Positions 1 through 12,519 of a stretch of 64,000 nt of DNA are shown here, piece by piece. Location: sequence record KX130864; one strand, 5' to 3'. The DNA comes from Shigella phage SHBML-50-1. The notes beneath the pieces were generated by a model. It was not told where the DNA came from, searched no databases, and saw only the letters and a list, made by a program, of their open reading frames with translations. The translations under genes were made by a program, and so were the position numbers. The first letter of the stretch is position 1, and the number at the start of each line of letters is the position of its first letter.

Positions 1-1
1 A

Positions 2-1177
<1,176 letters not shown>

Positions 1178-1205
1178 TATTAAAGCATATTAAAGAGGAT
1201 TAAAA

Positions 1206-3185
1206 ATGACTTTATTATCTCCGGGCATTGAGCTCAAAGAAACTACGGTTCAAAGCACCGTGGTTAATAACTCTACTGGTACAGCAGCTTTGGCCGGTAA
1301 ATTCCAGTGGGGTCCTGCTTTTCAGATTAAACAGGTTACAAATGAAGTAGATTTAGTTAATACTTTTGGTCAACCAACCGCTGAAACTGCTGACTATTTT
1401 ATGTCTGCGATGAATTTCTTGCAGTACGGAAATGACTTACGAGTAGTTCGTGCTGTTGATAGAGATACCGCTAAAAACTCATCTCCGATTGCTGGTAATA
1501 TTGAATACACAATTTCTACCCCAGGTAGTAACTACGCGGTTGGAGATAAAATCACGGTCAAATATGTTTCAGATGATATTGAAACTGAAGGTAAAATTAC
1601 TGAAGTAGACGCAGATGGAAAAATTAAGAAAATTAATATTCCTACTGCAAAAATTATCGCTAAAGCGAAAGAAGTCGGTGAATATCCAGCACTAGGTTCT
1701 AACTGGACTGCAGAAATTTCTTCGTCTTCCTCTGGTTTAGCTGCAGTAATAACTCTTGGAAAAATTATTACTGATTCTGGTATTTTATTAGCTGAAATTG
1801 AAAATGCTGAAGCTGCTATGACAGCGGTTGACTTTCAAGCAAATCTCGAAAAATACGGAATTCCAGGAGTAGTAGCTCTTTATCCAGGCGAATTAGGCGA
1901 TAAAATTGAAATTGAAATCGTATCTAAAGCTGACTATGCAAAAGGAGCTTCTGCATTACTCCCAATTTATCCAGGTGGTGGTACTCGTGCATCTACTGCC
2001 AAGGCAGTGTTTGGATATGGACCGCAGACTGATTCACAGTACGCTATTATAGTTCGTCGCAATGATGCTATTGTTCAAAGCGTTGTTCTTTCAACTAAGC
2101 GTGGTGAAAAAGATATTTACGATAGTAACATTTATATCGATGACTTTTTCGCAAAAGGTGGTTCAGAATATATTTTTGCAACTGCACAAAACTGGCCAGA
2201 AGGCTTCTCTGGAATTTTAACTCTTTCTGGTGGATTATCATCAAATGCTGAAGTTACAGCAGGAGATTTGATGGAAGCTTGGGACTTCTTTGCTGACCGT
2301 GAATCCGTTGATGTTCAACTGTTTATTGCGGGTTCTTGTGCCGGTGAATCTTTAGAAACAGCATCTACTGTCCAAAAACACGTCGTTTCAATTGGGGATG
2401 CTCGCCAGGATTGCTTAGTATTGTGCTCACCACCGCGTGAAACTGTAGTTGGAATTCCTGTAACTCGCGCTGTTGACAACTTAGTCAACTGGAGAACCGC
2501 AACAGGTTCATACACTGATAATAACTTTAATATCAGTTCAACCTATGCAGCAATTGATGGTAACTACAAATATCAGTATGACAAATACAATGATGTCAAT
2601 CGCTGGGTTCCATTAGCAGCTGATATTGCCGGTTTATGTGCAAGAACCGATAACGTTTCTCAGACTTGGATGTCTCCAGCTGGTTATAATCGCGGCCAGA
2701 TTCTTAACGTTATTAAACTTGCTATTGAAACTCGCCAAGCTCAGCGCGACCGTTTATACCAAGAAGCTATCAACCCAGTGACTGGTACAGGTGGTGATGG
2801 TTACGTATTATATGGTGATAAAACAGCTACTTCTGTTCCTTCTCCATTTGATCGTATTAACGTTCGTCGTCTGTTTAATATGTTGAAAACGAATATCGGA
2901 CGTAGTTCAAAATATCGTTTGTTCGAATTAAACAATGCGTTTACTCGTTCATCATTCCGCACAGAAACTGCCCAATACTTACAGGGAATTAAAGCTCTCG
3001 GTGGAATTTATGAATATCGTGTAGTTTGCGATACAACAAATAACACTCCGTCAGTAATTGATAGAAATGAGTTTGTTGCAACATTCTACATCCAACCGGC
3101 GCGCAGTATAAATTATATTACTTTGAATTTCGTCGCAACTGCTACTGGTGCAGATTTCGATGAGTTAACTGGTCTTGCAGGTTAA
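1206..3185 (+). CDS. 18: contractile tail sheath protein gp18
   Basis: 659 aa ORF, T4 gp18-like sequence and size; late promoter box upstream; canonical position after gene 17. Confidence 0.95.
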   Translation: MTLLSPGIELKETTVQSTVVNNSTGTAALAGKFQWGPAFQIKQVTNEVDLVNTFGQPTAETADYFMSAMNFLQYGNDLRVVRAVDRDTAKNSSPIAGNIEYTISTPGSNYAVGDKITVKYVSDDIETEGKITEVDADGKIKKINIPTAKIIAKAKEVGEYPALGSNWTAEISSSSSGLAAVITLGKIITDSGILLAEIENAEAAMTAVDFQANLEKYGIPGVVALYPGELGDKIEIEIVSKADYAKGASALLPIYPGGGTRASTAKAVFGYGPQTDSQYAIIVRRNDAIVQSVVLSTKRGEKDIYDSNIYIDDFFAKGGSEYIFATAQNWPEGFSGILTLSGGLSSNAEVTAGDLMEAWDFFADRESVDVQLFIAGSCAGESLETASTVQKHVVSIGDARQDCLVLCSPPRETVVGIPVTRAVDNLVNWRTATGSYTDNNFNISSTYAAIDGNYKYQYDKYNDVNRWVPLAADIAGLCARTDNVSQTWMSPAGYNRGQILNVIKLAIETRQAQRDRLYQEAINPVTGTGGDGYVLYGDKTATSVPSPFDRINVRRLFNMLKTNIGRSSKYRLFELNNAFTRSSFRTETAQYLQGIKALGGIYEYRVVCDTTNNTPSVIDRNEFVATFYIQPARSINYITLNFVATATGADFDELTGLAG

Positions 3186-3190
3186 TTGAT

Positions 3191-3841
3191 ATGGGGCTTC
3201 GGCCCCTATTCTCGAGGAATCAAGTGATTATTTCTAAATTTATTAAAGTGAAAATTGTACCATCAAATTTTAAACATTATCAATCAAAGGGTTATAAATT
3301 AACACCTCTTGGAGCGGTTAAACATGGATTTAGGTATTATGAAATTGATGTTAAAGTTGAAGACATTAAAGGTAGTACCGCGTATGTAAAATGCCGTTGC
3401 GATAAATGTGGAATTGAATATAACCAACGCATTGGAAGAAACACTGATATTTGTCGTGATTGCCGTCATAAAGATAAAATGCGCAATAATTCATATGATT
3501 CCGCGAATAAAGGAAAAACAGTAGAATGTATGCATGGCGTAAATCATCCAAGATGGAACCCAAATAAATCTGAAATGCGTGAATATATTTCATTGGTATA
3601 TAAAGAAACTCGTAAGCATAAGAAAATTTGGTCAAAATGGCCAAATGCTGATAAAATAGGAGTGTGTGGTACAAAAGGCGCTTACCAACTTGATCATAAG
3701 GTATCTATCAAATACGGTTTTGATAATTTAATTCCTGCTAAAATAATTGGCGGTATTAATAATTTAGAAATAATCACTTGGGAATCTAACCGAGAAAAAT
3801 CAAAAAGAAATAGTGTAGATCTTTGGGATTTACTAGAATGA
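3191..3841 (+). CDS. putative freestanding HNH-family (H-N-N variant) endonuclease with N-terminal Cys4 cluster
   Basis: 216 aa ORF inserted between genes 18 and 19; CRCDKCG...CRDCRHKDK Cys cluster; C-terminal QLDHKVSIKYGF...GGINNLEIITWESNREKSKRN resembles the HNH beta-beta-alpha-metal core; AT-rich relative to flanks; alternative GTG start near 3224 possible. Confidence 0.5.
   Translation: MGLRPLFSRNQVIISKFIKVKIVPSNFKHYQSKGYKLTPLGAVKHGFRYYEIDVKVEDIKGSTAYVKCRCDKCGIEYNQRIGRNTDICRDCRHKDKMRNNSYDSANKGKTVECMHGVNHPRWNPNKSEMREYISLVYKETRKHKKIWSKWPNADKIGVCGTKGAYQLDHKVSIKYGFDNLIPAKIIGGINNLEIITWESNREKSKRNSVDLWDLLE
3193..3206 (+). terminator. GC-rich UUCG-tetraloop hairpin after gene 18 (overlaps the start codon of the inserted ORF)
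   Basis: GGGGC-TTCG-GCCCC. Confidence 0.5.
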
Positions 3842-3848
3842 TTCTAAA

Positions 3849-3866
3849 GGCCTGTTTCGGCAGGCC
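3849..3866 (+). terminator. hairpin after the HNH-like ORF
   Basis: GGCCTG-TTTCGG-CAGGCC. Confidence 0.45.
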
Positions 3867-3867
3867 A

Positions 3868-3875
3868 TATAAATA
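3868..3875 (+). promoter_or_regulatory. late promoter box TATAAATA (distal) upstream of gene 19
   Basis: Exact TATAAATA in the 18/19 spacer, just after hairpin 3849-3866. Confidence 0.55.
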
Positions 3876-3926
3876 CACTATATCCTTAATTCTTTAATTC
3901 TATATGCCCTAGGTTAAACATAGGGA

Positions 3927-3934
3927 TATAAATA
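3927..3934 (+). promoter_or_regulatory. late promoter box TATAAATA (proximal) upstream of gene 19
   Basis: Exact TATAAATA about 15 nt before the gene 19 ATG. Confidence 0.6.
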
Positions 3935-3948
3935 CTACAGAGGCTAAT

Positions 3949-4440
3949 ATGTTTGTAGATGATGTAACACGAGCGTTTGAATCTGGTGATTTTGCTCGAC
4001 CTAACTTATTCCAAGTAGAAATTTCTTATCTTGGACAAAATTTTACGTTTCAATGTAAAGCCACTGCTTTACCAGCTGGTATTGTAGAAAAAATTCCAGT
4101 CGGATTTATGAACCGTAAAATTAACGTAGCAGGCGATCGTACATTCGATGACTGGACTGTTACAGTAATGAACGATGAGGCACATGATGCTCGCCAGAAG
4201 TTTGTTGATTGGCAAAGCATTGCTGCTGGGCAAGGGAACGAAATTACTGGTGGAAAACCAGCAGAGTATAAAAAGAGCGCTGTTGTTCGCCAATATGCTC
4301 GTGATGCTAAAACTGTAACAAAAGAAGTCGAAATTAAAGGCCTGTGGCCTACTAACGTGGGTGAACTTCAATTAGATTGGGATTCAAACAATGAAATCCA
4401 AACCTTTGAAGTAACTCTTGCTCTCGATTATTGGGAATAA
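3949..4440 (+). CDS. 19: tail tube protein gp19
   Basis: 163 aa, T4 gp19-like sequence and size; two late promoter boxes upstream. Confidence 0.95.
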   Translation: MFVDDVTRAFESGDFARPNLFQVEISYLGQNFTFQCKATALPAGIVEKIPVGFMNRKINVAGDRTFDDWTVTVMNDEAHDARQKFVDWQSIAAGQGNEITGGKPAEYKKSAVVRQYARDAKTVTKEVEIKGLWPTNVGELQLDWDSNNEIQTFEVTLALDYWE

Positions 4441-4446
4441 AATGAA

Positions 4447-6097
<1,651 letters not shown>

Positions 6098-6098
<1 letters not shown>

Positions 6099-6340
6099 TG
6101 GAAGGTTTAATTGAAGCTATTAAATCAAACGACCTCGTAGCCGCTCGTAAATTCTTTGCTGAAGCCATGGCTGCAAGAACGATTGATTTAATTAAAGAAG
6201 AAAAAATCGCTATCGCTCGCAATTTCTTAATCGAAGGTGAAGAACCTGATGAAGATGACGAAGACGAAGACGAGGATGATGAAGACGACAAAAAAGACAA
6301 AGACTCTGATGAAGATGACGAAGACGAGGATGATGAATAA
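6098..6340 (+). CDS. 67: prohead core protein gp67 with poly-acidic C-terminal tail
   Basis: 80 aa; stop/start overlap with gene 20; [17 protein letters not shown]...[10 protein letters not shown] tail; T4 gene order. Confidence 0.85.
6246..6337 (+). repeat. direct repeat encoding the poly-Asp/Glu tail of gp67
   Basis: CTGATGAAGATGACGAAGACGA occurs twice (about 6246 and 6306), each followed by GGATGATGAA. Confidence 0.7.
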
Positions 6341-6765
6341 TGCTTCTGATCCCTGAAACTCATGAATTAGTTCTCGAGAATGTCGAAGCACTTATTCCTG
6401 AAGCACAGGGTCGCTTTGACGAATTGTCTTCTGCTTTAAATAAAGACGATATAAATACAATTGTCGAGAATATGCTTGATGATGAAACTGATTTAGCGAT
6501 TGCATTAGCTTCTATTAATGAAGATATGCCGCTAAATGAATTCATCGTTAAACATGTTTCTGCTCGTGGTGAAATTACACGTACCAAAGACCGCAAAACG
6601 CGTGAACGTAATGCATTTCAAACCACTGGGCTGTCTAAAGCAAAACGTAGACAAATTGCTCGCAAAGCTACCAAAACGAAGATTGCCAACCCAGCAGGTC
6701 AATCTCGTGCTCAGCGTAAGCGTAAAAAAGCTCTTAAACGCCGTAAAGCATTAGGATTAAGCTAA
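6340..6765 (+). CDS. 68: prohead core protein gp68
   Basis: 141 aa; overlaps gp67 stop; basic C-terminus; canonical position before gene 21. Confidence 0.85.
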   Translation: MLLIPETHELVLENVEALIPEAQGRFDELSSALNKDDINTIVENMLDDETDLAIALASINEDMPLNEFIVKHVSARGEITRTKDRKTRERNAFQTTGLSKAKRRQIARKATKTKIANPAGQSRAQRKRKKALKRRKALGLS

Positions 6766-7403
6766 TGAATGAACCCCAATTACTAATTGAAACTTGGGGT
6801 CAACCTGGCGAAATTATTGATGGCGTACCAATGCTTGAATCTCATGATGGAAAAGACTTAGGTTTAAAACCAGGTTTATACATCGAAGGAATATTCATGC
6901 AAGCGGAAGTCGTCAATAGAAATAAACGTCTTTATCCAAAACGCATATTAGAAAAAGCGGTAAAAGACTATATTAATGAGCAAGTTTTAACTAAACAAGC
7001 TCTCGGAGAATTAAATCATCCTCCACGCGCTAATGTTGACCCGATGCAAGCCGCTATCATTATAGAAGATATGTGGTGGAAAGGAAATGACGTATACGGA
7101 CGAGCTCGTGTTATTGAAGGTGACCATGGTCCTGGAGATAAATTAGCAGCTAATATTCGTGCCGGATGGATTCCAGGAGTTTCTTCTCGTGGATTAGGTT
7201 CATTGACTGACACAAATAAAGGTTATCGTATCGTAAACGAAGGATTCAAATTAACTGTAGGTGTTGATGCAGTATGGGGTCCAAGTGCTCCAGATGCATG
7301 GGTAACTCCTAAGGAAATTACCGAATCACAGACGGCGGAAGCCGATACAAGTGCCGATGACGCCTATATGGCTCTCGCAGAGGCCATGAAAAAAGCGTTA
7401 TAA
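6765..7403 (+). CDS. 21: prohead core scaffold protein and protease gp21
   Basis: 212 aa, T4 gp21-like sequence and size. Confidence 0.95.
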   Translation: MNEPQLLIETWGQPGEIIDGVPMLESHDGKDLGLKPGLYIEGIFMQAEVVNRNKRLYPKRILEKAVKDYINEQVLTKQALGELNHPPRANVDPMQAAIIIEDMWWKGNDVYGRARVIEGDHGPGDKLAANIRAGWIPGVSSRGLGSLTDTNKGYRIVNEGFKLTVGVDAVWGPSAPDAWVTPKEITESQTAEADTSADDAYMALAEAMKKAL

Positions 7404-7406
7404 ATA
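7399..7406 (+). promoter_or_regulatory. late promoter box upstream of gene 22 (overlaps the gene 21 stop)
   Basis: Exact TATAAATA. Confidence 0.6.
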
Positions 7407-7433
7407 TTATTATCTAAACAACAGGACTACAAA

Positions 7434-8243
7434 ATGCTTAAAGAACAACTGATTGCTGAAGCGCAAAAAATTGATGCTTCCGTTGCTCTTGATAGTATTT
7501 TCGAATCAGTTAATATTTCTCCGGAAGCAAAAGAAACTTTCGGCACTGTATTCGAAGCTACCGTCAAGCAGCACGCCGTTAAATTAGCTGAATCTCATAT
7601 CGCTAAAATTGCTGAAAAAGCAGAAGAAGAAGTAGAAAAAAATAAAGAAGAAGCCGAAGAAAAAGCTGAGAAGAAAATCGCTGAGCAAGCTTCTAAATTC
7701 ATCGACCATCTTGCGAAAGAATGGCTCGCTGAAAATAAATTAGCAGTTGATAAAGGTATCAAAGCCGAACTGTTTGAATCCATGCTTGGTGGATTAAAAG
7801 AGCTCTTTGTTGAACACAACGTTGTTGTTCCAGAAGAATCAGTTGATGTTGTAGCTGAAATGGAAGAAGAGCTGCAAGAACATAAAGAAGAATCAGCTCG
7901 TCTGTTCGAAGAACTCAATAAGCGTGACGCATATATCAATTATGTGCAGCGTGAAGTGGCATTGAGCGAAAGTACTAAAGATCTGACTGAGTCTCAAAAA
8001 GAAAAAGTCTCTGCTCTGGTCGAAGGTATGGATTATTCAGATGAATTCTCAAGTAAATTGAGTGCCATCGTAGAAATGGTGAAGAAGTCTAATAAAGATG
8101 AAAGCACTATTACTGAGGGTATAAATACTCCTGATACTGAAGCAGCCGGACTGAATTTCGTCACTGAAGCTGTAGAAGATAAAGCTGCACCTGGTGCAGA
8201 AGATATTGTAAGTGTATATGCGAAAGTCGCATCTCGTTTCTAA
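7434..8243 (+). CDS. 22: prohead core scaffold protein gp22
   Basis: 269 aa, acidic, coiled-coil-rich; T4 gp22-like; late promoter upstream; the gene 23 late promoter sits inside its 3' end. Confidence 0.92.
   Translation: MLKEQLIAEAQKIDASVALDSIFESVNISPEAKETFGTVFEATVKQHAVKLAESHIAKIAEKAEEEVEKNKEEAEEKAEKKIAEQASKFIDHLAKEWLAENKLAVDKGIKAELFESMLGGLKELFVEHNVVVPEESVDVVAEMEEELQEHKEESARLFEELNKRDAYINYVQREVALSESTKDLTESQKEKVSALVEGMDYSDEFSSKLSAIVEMVKKSNKDESTITEGINTPDTEAAGLNFVTEAVEDKAAPGAEDIVSVYAKVASRF
8120..8127 (+). promoter_or_regulatory. gene 23 late promoter (P23) inside the 3' end of gene 22
   Basis: GGGTATAAATACTCCTGATACTG, matching the classical T4 P23 context as I recall it. Confidence 0.75.
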
Positions 8244-8261
8244 TTTTAAAGGTTAACACAA

Positions 8262-9827
8262 ATGACTATCAAAACTAAAGCTGAACTTTTGAACAAATGG
8301 AAGCCATTACTGGAAGGTGAAGGTTTACCGGAAATTGCTAATAGCAAACAAGCGATTATCGCTAAAATCTTTGAAAACCAGGAAAAAGATTTCCAGACAG
8401 CTCCAGAGTACAAAGACGAAAAAATCGCTCAGGCGTTCGGTTCTTTCTTAACAGAAGCTGAAATCGGTGGTGACCACGGTTACAACGCTACTAACATCGC
8501 TGCTGGTCAGACTTCTGGCGCAGTAACTCAGATTGGCCCAGCTGTTATGGGTATGGTACGTCGTGCTATTCCTAACCTGATTGCTTTCGATATTTGCGGT
8601 GTTCAGCCGATGAACAGCCCGACTGGCCAGGTATTCGCACTGCGCGCAGTATATGGTAAAGACCCAATCGCTTCCGGTGCTAAAGAAGCATTCCACCCAA
8701 TGTATGGTCCAGATGCAATGTTCTCTGGTCAGGGTGCTGCTAAGAAATTCGCTGCTTTGAAAGCAAGTGATACTCTTGAAGTTGGAACTATTTACACCCA
8801 CTTCTTCCAGGAAACTGGTACTGTATATCTGCAAGCTACAGAAGCTAAACAAATTGATTCTACTGCATCTGACGCAGCTAAATTAGATGCTGAAATTAAG
8901 AAACAAATGGAAGCTGGTGTACTGGTAGAAATCGCTGAAGGTATGGCTACTTCTATCGCTGAACTTCAGGAAGGTTTCAACGGTTCTACCGATAACCCAT
9001 GGAATGAAATGGGCTTCCGTATCGATAAACAAGTTATCGAAGCTAAATCTCGTCAGCTGAAAGCTGCTTACTCTATCGAATTAGCACAAGACCTCCGCGC
9101 TGTTCACGGTATGGATGCTGATGCTGAACTGTCTGGTATTCTGGCTACCGAAATCATGCTGGAAATCAACCGTGAAGTTGTTGATTGGATTAACTACTCA
9201 GCTCAGGTTGGTAAATCTGGTATGACCCTGACTCCGGGTTCTAAAGCTGGTGTGTTTGACTTCCAGGATCCAATTGATATTCGTGGTGCTCGCTGGGCGG
9301 GTGAATCCTTTAAAGCTCTGTTGTTCCAGATTGACAAAGAAGCAGTTGAAATTGCTCGTCAGACCGGTCGTGGTGAAGGTAACTTCATTATCGCTTCCCG
9401 TAACGTAGTTAACGTTCTGGCTTCAGTTGATACTGGCATTTCTTATGCTGCACAGGGTCTGGCTACCGGCTTTAACACTGATACTACCAAGTCAGTATTT
9501 GCTGGTGTTCTGGGTGGTAAATACCGTGTATATATCGACCAGTATGCTAAACAGGATTATTTCACTGTAGGTTATAAAGGTCCGAACGAAATGGATGCTG
9601 GTATTTACTACGCTCCATATGTAGCTCTGACTCCGCTGCGTGGTTCCGATCCGAAGAACTTCCAACCAGTAATGGGATTCAAAACTCGTTACGGTATCGG
9701 TATCAACCCATTTGCAGAATCCGCTGCTCAGGCTCCGGCTTCTCGCATCCAGAGCGGTATGCCTTCTATTCTGAATAGCCTTGGTAAAAACGCTTACTTC
9801 CGCCGTGTATATGTTAAAGGTATCTAA
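8262..9827 (+). CDS. 23: major capsid protein gp23 (precursor)
   Basis: 521 aa; near-identical over most of its length to T4 gp23 as I recall it; strong hairpin terminator downstream. Confidence 0.97.
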   Translation: MTIKTKAELLNKWKPLLEGEGLPEIANSKQAIIAKIFENQEKDFQTAPEYKDEKIAQAFGSFLTEAEIGGDHGYNATNIAAGQTSGAVTQIGPAVMGMVRRAIPNLIAFDICGVQPMNSPTGQVFALRAVYGKDPIASGAKEAFHPMYGPDAMFSGQGAAKKFAALKASDTLEVGTIYTHFFQETGTVYLQATEAKQIDSTASDAAKLDAEIKKQMEAGVLVEIAEGMATSIAELQEGFNGSTDNPWNEMGFRIDKQVIEAKSRQLKAAYSIELAQDLRAVHGMDADAELSGILATEIMLEINREVVDWINYSAQVGKSGMTLTPGSKAGVFDFQDPIDIRGARWAGESFKALLFQIDKEAVEIARQTGRGEGNFIIASRNVVNVLASVDTGISYAAQGLATGFNTDTTKSVFAGVLGGKYRVYIDQYAKQDYFTVGYKGPNEMDAGIYYAPYVALTPLRGSDPKNFQPVMGFKTRYGIGINPFAESAAQAPASRIQSGMPSILNSLGKNAYFRRVYVKGI

Positions 9828-9840
9828 TCTTTGACGATTT

Positions 9841-9860
9841 AAGGGACCTTCGGGTCCCTT
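9841..9860 (+). terminator. intrinsic terminator after gene 23
   Basis: AAGGGACC-TTCG-GGTCCCTT followed by a T-rich tract. Confidence 0.7.
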
Positions 9861-9875
9861 TAGTTGTTTTTATGG

Positions 9876-9883
9876 TATAAATA
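9876..9883 (+). promoter_or_regulatory. late promoter box upstream of gene 24
   Basis: Exact TATAAATA between the gene 23 terminator and the gene 24 start. Confidence 0.6.
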
Positions 9884-9910
9884 AATCATATAAACCAAAA
9901 GGAAAGCGCA

Positions 9911-11194
9911 ATGGCTAAAATCAACGAACTTCTGCGCGAATCAACCACAACGAATAGCAACTCAATCGGTCGCCCAAATCTCGTTGCTTTGACTCGCGCT
10001 ACCACTAAATTAATATATTCTGACATTGTAGCAACGCAAAGAACTAATCAACCTGTTGCTGCTTTTTATGGTATCAAATACCTTAACCCAGATAACGAAT
10101 TTACATTTAAAACTGGTGCTACTTACGCTGGCGAAGCTGGATACGTAGACCGAGAACAAATCACAGAATTAACAGAAGAGTCTAAATTAACTCTCAATAA
10201 AGGCGATTTATTCAAATATAATAATATCGTTTATAAAGTATTAGAAAATACACCATTTGCTGATATTGAAGAAAGTGATTTAGAATTAGCTCTTCAGATT
10301 GCAATTGTTCTTTTAAAGGTTCGTCTATTTTCTGATGCTGCAGTAACAAGCAAATTTGAAAGCTCTGATAGTGAAATTGCGGATGCTAGATTCCAGATTA
10401 ATAAATGGCAAACCGCAGTTAAATCTCGTAAACTTAAAACTGGCATTACAGTTGAATTAGCACAAGATTTAGAAGCAAATGGATTCGATGCTCCTAATTT
10501 CTTGGAAGATTTGCTTGCAACCGAAATGGCAGATGAAATCAATAAAGATATTCTGCAGTCTTTGATTACAGTGTCAAAACGCTATAAAGTTACAGGAATT
10601 ACTGATACTGGATTCATTGATTTGAGTTATGCATCTGCACCTGAAGCTGGTCGTTCATTATACCGAATGGTGTGTGAAATGGTTTCGCATATCCAAAAAG
10701 AATCAACTTATACTGCAACGTTCTGTGTTGCTTCAGCTCGTGCCGCTGCGATTCTTGCTGCATCAGGTTGGTTAAAACATAAACCAGAAGATGACAAATA
10801 TCTTTCACAAAATGCCTACGGGTTCTTAGCTAATGGTTTACCGCTTTATTGCGATACCAACAGCCCATTAGATTATGTAATCGTTGGCGTAGTAGAAAAT
10901 ATCGGTGAAAAAGAAATTGTTGGATCAATTTTCTATGCTCCGTATACAGAAGGTCTTGACTTAGATGACCCTGAACATGTAGGTGCATTTAAAGTTGTTG
11001 TTGATCCAGAAAGCTTACAACCGTCTATCGGTTTATTAGTTAGATATGCTTTATCAGCAAATCCTTATACCGTAGCAAAAGATGAAAAAGAAGCAAGAAT
11101 AATTGACGGTGGAGACATGGATAAAATGGCGGGTCGTTCAGATTTGTCTGTTTTATTAGGTGTTAAATTACCAAAAATTATTATTGATGAATAA
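9911..11194 (+). CDS. 24: capsid vertex protein gp24
   Basis: 427 aa, T4 gp24 size and position; late promoter box upstream. Confidence 0.95.
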   Translation: MAKINELLRESTTTNSNSIGRPNLVALTRATTKLIYSDIVATQRTNQPVAAFYGIKYLNPDNEFTFKTGATYAGEAGYVDREQITELTEESKLTLNKGDLFKYNNIVYKVLENTPFADIEESDLELALQIAIVLLKVRLFSDAAVTSKFESSDSEIADARFQINKWQTAVKSRKLKTGITVELAQDLEANGFDAPNFLEDLLATEMADEINKDILQSLITVSKRYKVTGITDTGFIDLSYASAPEAGRSLYRMVCEMVSHIQKESTYTATFCVASARAAAILAASGWLKHKPEDDKYLSQNAYGFLANGLPLYCDTNSPLDYVIVGVVENIGEKEIVGSIFYAPYTEGLDLDDPEHVGAFKVVVDPESLQPSIGLLVRYALSANPYTVAKDEKEARIIDGGDMDKMAGRSDLSVLLGVKLPKIIIDE

Positions 11195-11197
11195 AAC

Positions 11198-11219
11198 AAA
11201 GGGACCGAAAGGTCCCTTT
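11198..11219. terminator. bidirectional terminator between gene 24 (+) and rnlB (-)
   Basis: AAAGGGACC-GAAA-GGTCCCTTT, palindromic with A/T runs on both sides. Confidence 0.65.
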
Positions 11220-11223
11220 TTAT

Positions 11224-12231
11224 TTAGCTCACCAACTCAATCCAAGCTGGACGAAGTACATCTTGTACCATTTTAACTAATTCCTTTTTAATCAAAGAAG
11301 GATTATCTGCTTGAGTTAGAGTAATACCTTCACGAGAAGTTTCTTCCAAAATATCTTGAACAGTTAGCCCCATCACCTTTCCAAAATCCTTTGGACCAAT
11401 TTCGCCAATTTTAGAAATAACGTTATTTACGCGGTTTAGTGTAACGTAACAAGCTAAAATTCCAACCAATTTGTTATCAGCTTCTGATAGCTCAACTTTA
11501 GCTTTAATAGGCTTATCAGACTTTTTCTTTTCACTAAATTTAGAGTTCTTGCATTTAATCGCTACACGAGCACCGTTTGGCAGCCATTTAGGGAAACAAG
11601 GCTTCAGAACATAACCTTCTGCAGTATTATCACCAATAACATTAGCATCAAATACACAATTATTTGCTTCGACAAGGTCTTCCGATGCCGTAACGTTATA
11701 AGCGGCTAAGACGGAATCAAGGTCGTTTGGAATCATGATAAGAGCATCAAATGTTCCACGTCCAAGCATTGGTGCCATTTTAAAACCAAACGTATTACAG
11801 AAATCTTGCATTTCGTAATCACTCATGTAATAAGTATCACCGCTTTCCGTGTTTATGATGATATCGAATACATAGAAATCTTTTTCACCGTAGTCAACAC
11901 CTTTCTGAATTCCACCACCAGCGAATTCACCAAAGACTTGATATGTCACCGGCACTGAAGTTGAAATACTGTCCATGACTTCTTGAACGCCTTTAATAGC
12001 TTTATCATACTTTTTGAGTACTATTTCATAGCCATAAAAATCTTCTGCTGGAAGAATAGGGCCAGTACGTTTAGCGCAAGTTACTTTATCACGCTCAATA
12101 ATCAATGAGAAATTTGTACCATGAATCTTTTCACGAGCTACCCACTCCCCACCAGTCAATCCCAAGCTATAAAGTTTTTCAATAAATTTAGAGTTATAAT
12201 GATTTTCAAGACTGCTATACTTTTTAAACAT
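11224..12231 (-). CDS. rnlB: RNA ligase 2 (Rnl2)
   Basis: 335 aa; [16 protein letters not shown]... with KIHGTN nucleotidyltransferase lysine motif; T4 Rnl2-like size and position after gene 24. Confidence 0.9.
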   Translation of the reverse strand: MFKKYSSLENHYNSKFIEKLYSLGLTGGEWVAREKIHGTNFSLIIERDKVTCAKRTGPILPAEDFYGYEIVLKKYDKAIKGVQEVMDSISTSVPVTYQVFGEFAGGGIQKGVDYGEKDFYVFDIIINTESGDTYYMSDYEMQDFCNTFGFKMAPMLGRGTFDALIMIPNDLDSVLAAYNVTASEDLVEANNCVFDANVIGDNTAEGYVLKPCFPKWLPNGARVAIKCKNSKFSEKKKSDKPIKAKVELSEADNKLVGILACYVTLNRVNNVISKIGEIGPKDFGKVMGLTVQDILEETSREGITLTQADNPSLIKKELVKMVQDVLRPAWIELVS

Positions 12232-12240
12232 AATTAATCC

Positions 12241-12519
12241 TCAAAATGTAATTTCTAACCAATCACCATCACGCTGATCACTATTAACTTTAAAGCTGAA
12301 TCCTTCTTTTCTCAGCCAATCACCAATTTCTTCAGTAATCAATTTATCGCGAGCAGTACAATAATAACTAAAATATGTTTTACCTTGTTCAGCTGCTTTA
12401 TTAGCAAGTTCTGAAAAATCTTTAATAAAACACTCTAGCTTAAACTGTTTACTTTTTAATGCTTTTTCGCGTAATTGATTAGCAAAAGATTCATTTTCAT
12501 AAAGATCATACTGTTCCAT
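12241..12519 (-). CDS. hypothetical protein (T4 24.2-like position)
   Basis: 92 aa ORF in the same-strand operon, overlapping the upstream ORF. Confidence 0.6.
   Translation of the reverse strand: MEQYDLYENESFANQLREKALKSKQFKLECFIKDFSELANKAAEQGKTYFSYYCTARDKLITEEIGDWLRKEGFSFKVNSDQRDGDWLEITF

Noticed and set aside
2315-2515. Antisense ORFs inside large structural genes (for example 2315-2515, 3366-3674, 4069-4371, 5630-5821, 7016-7213, 7595-7939, 8448-8852, 10294-10542, 10614-10808)
   Set aside because: Fully embedded antisense within well-supported long CDSs, low-complexity translations and no RBS context; typical spurious six-frame ORFs.
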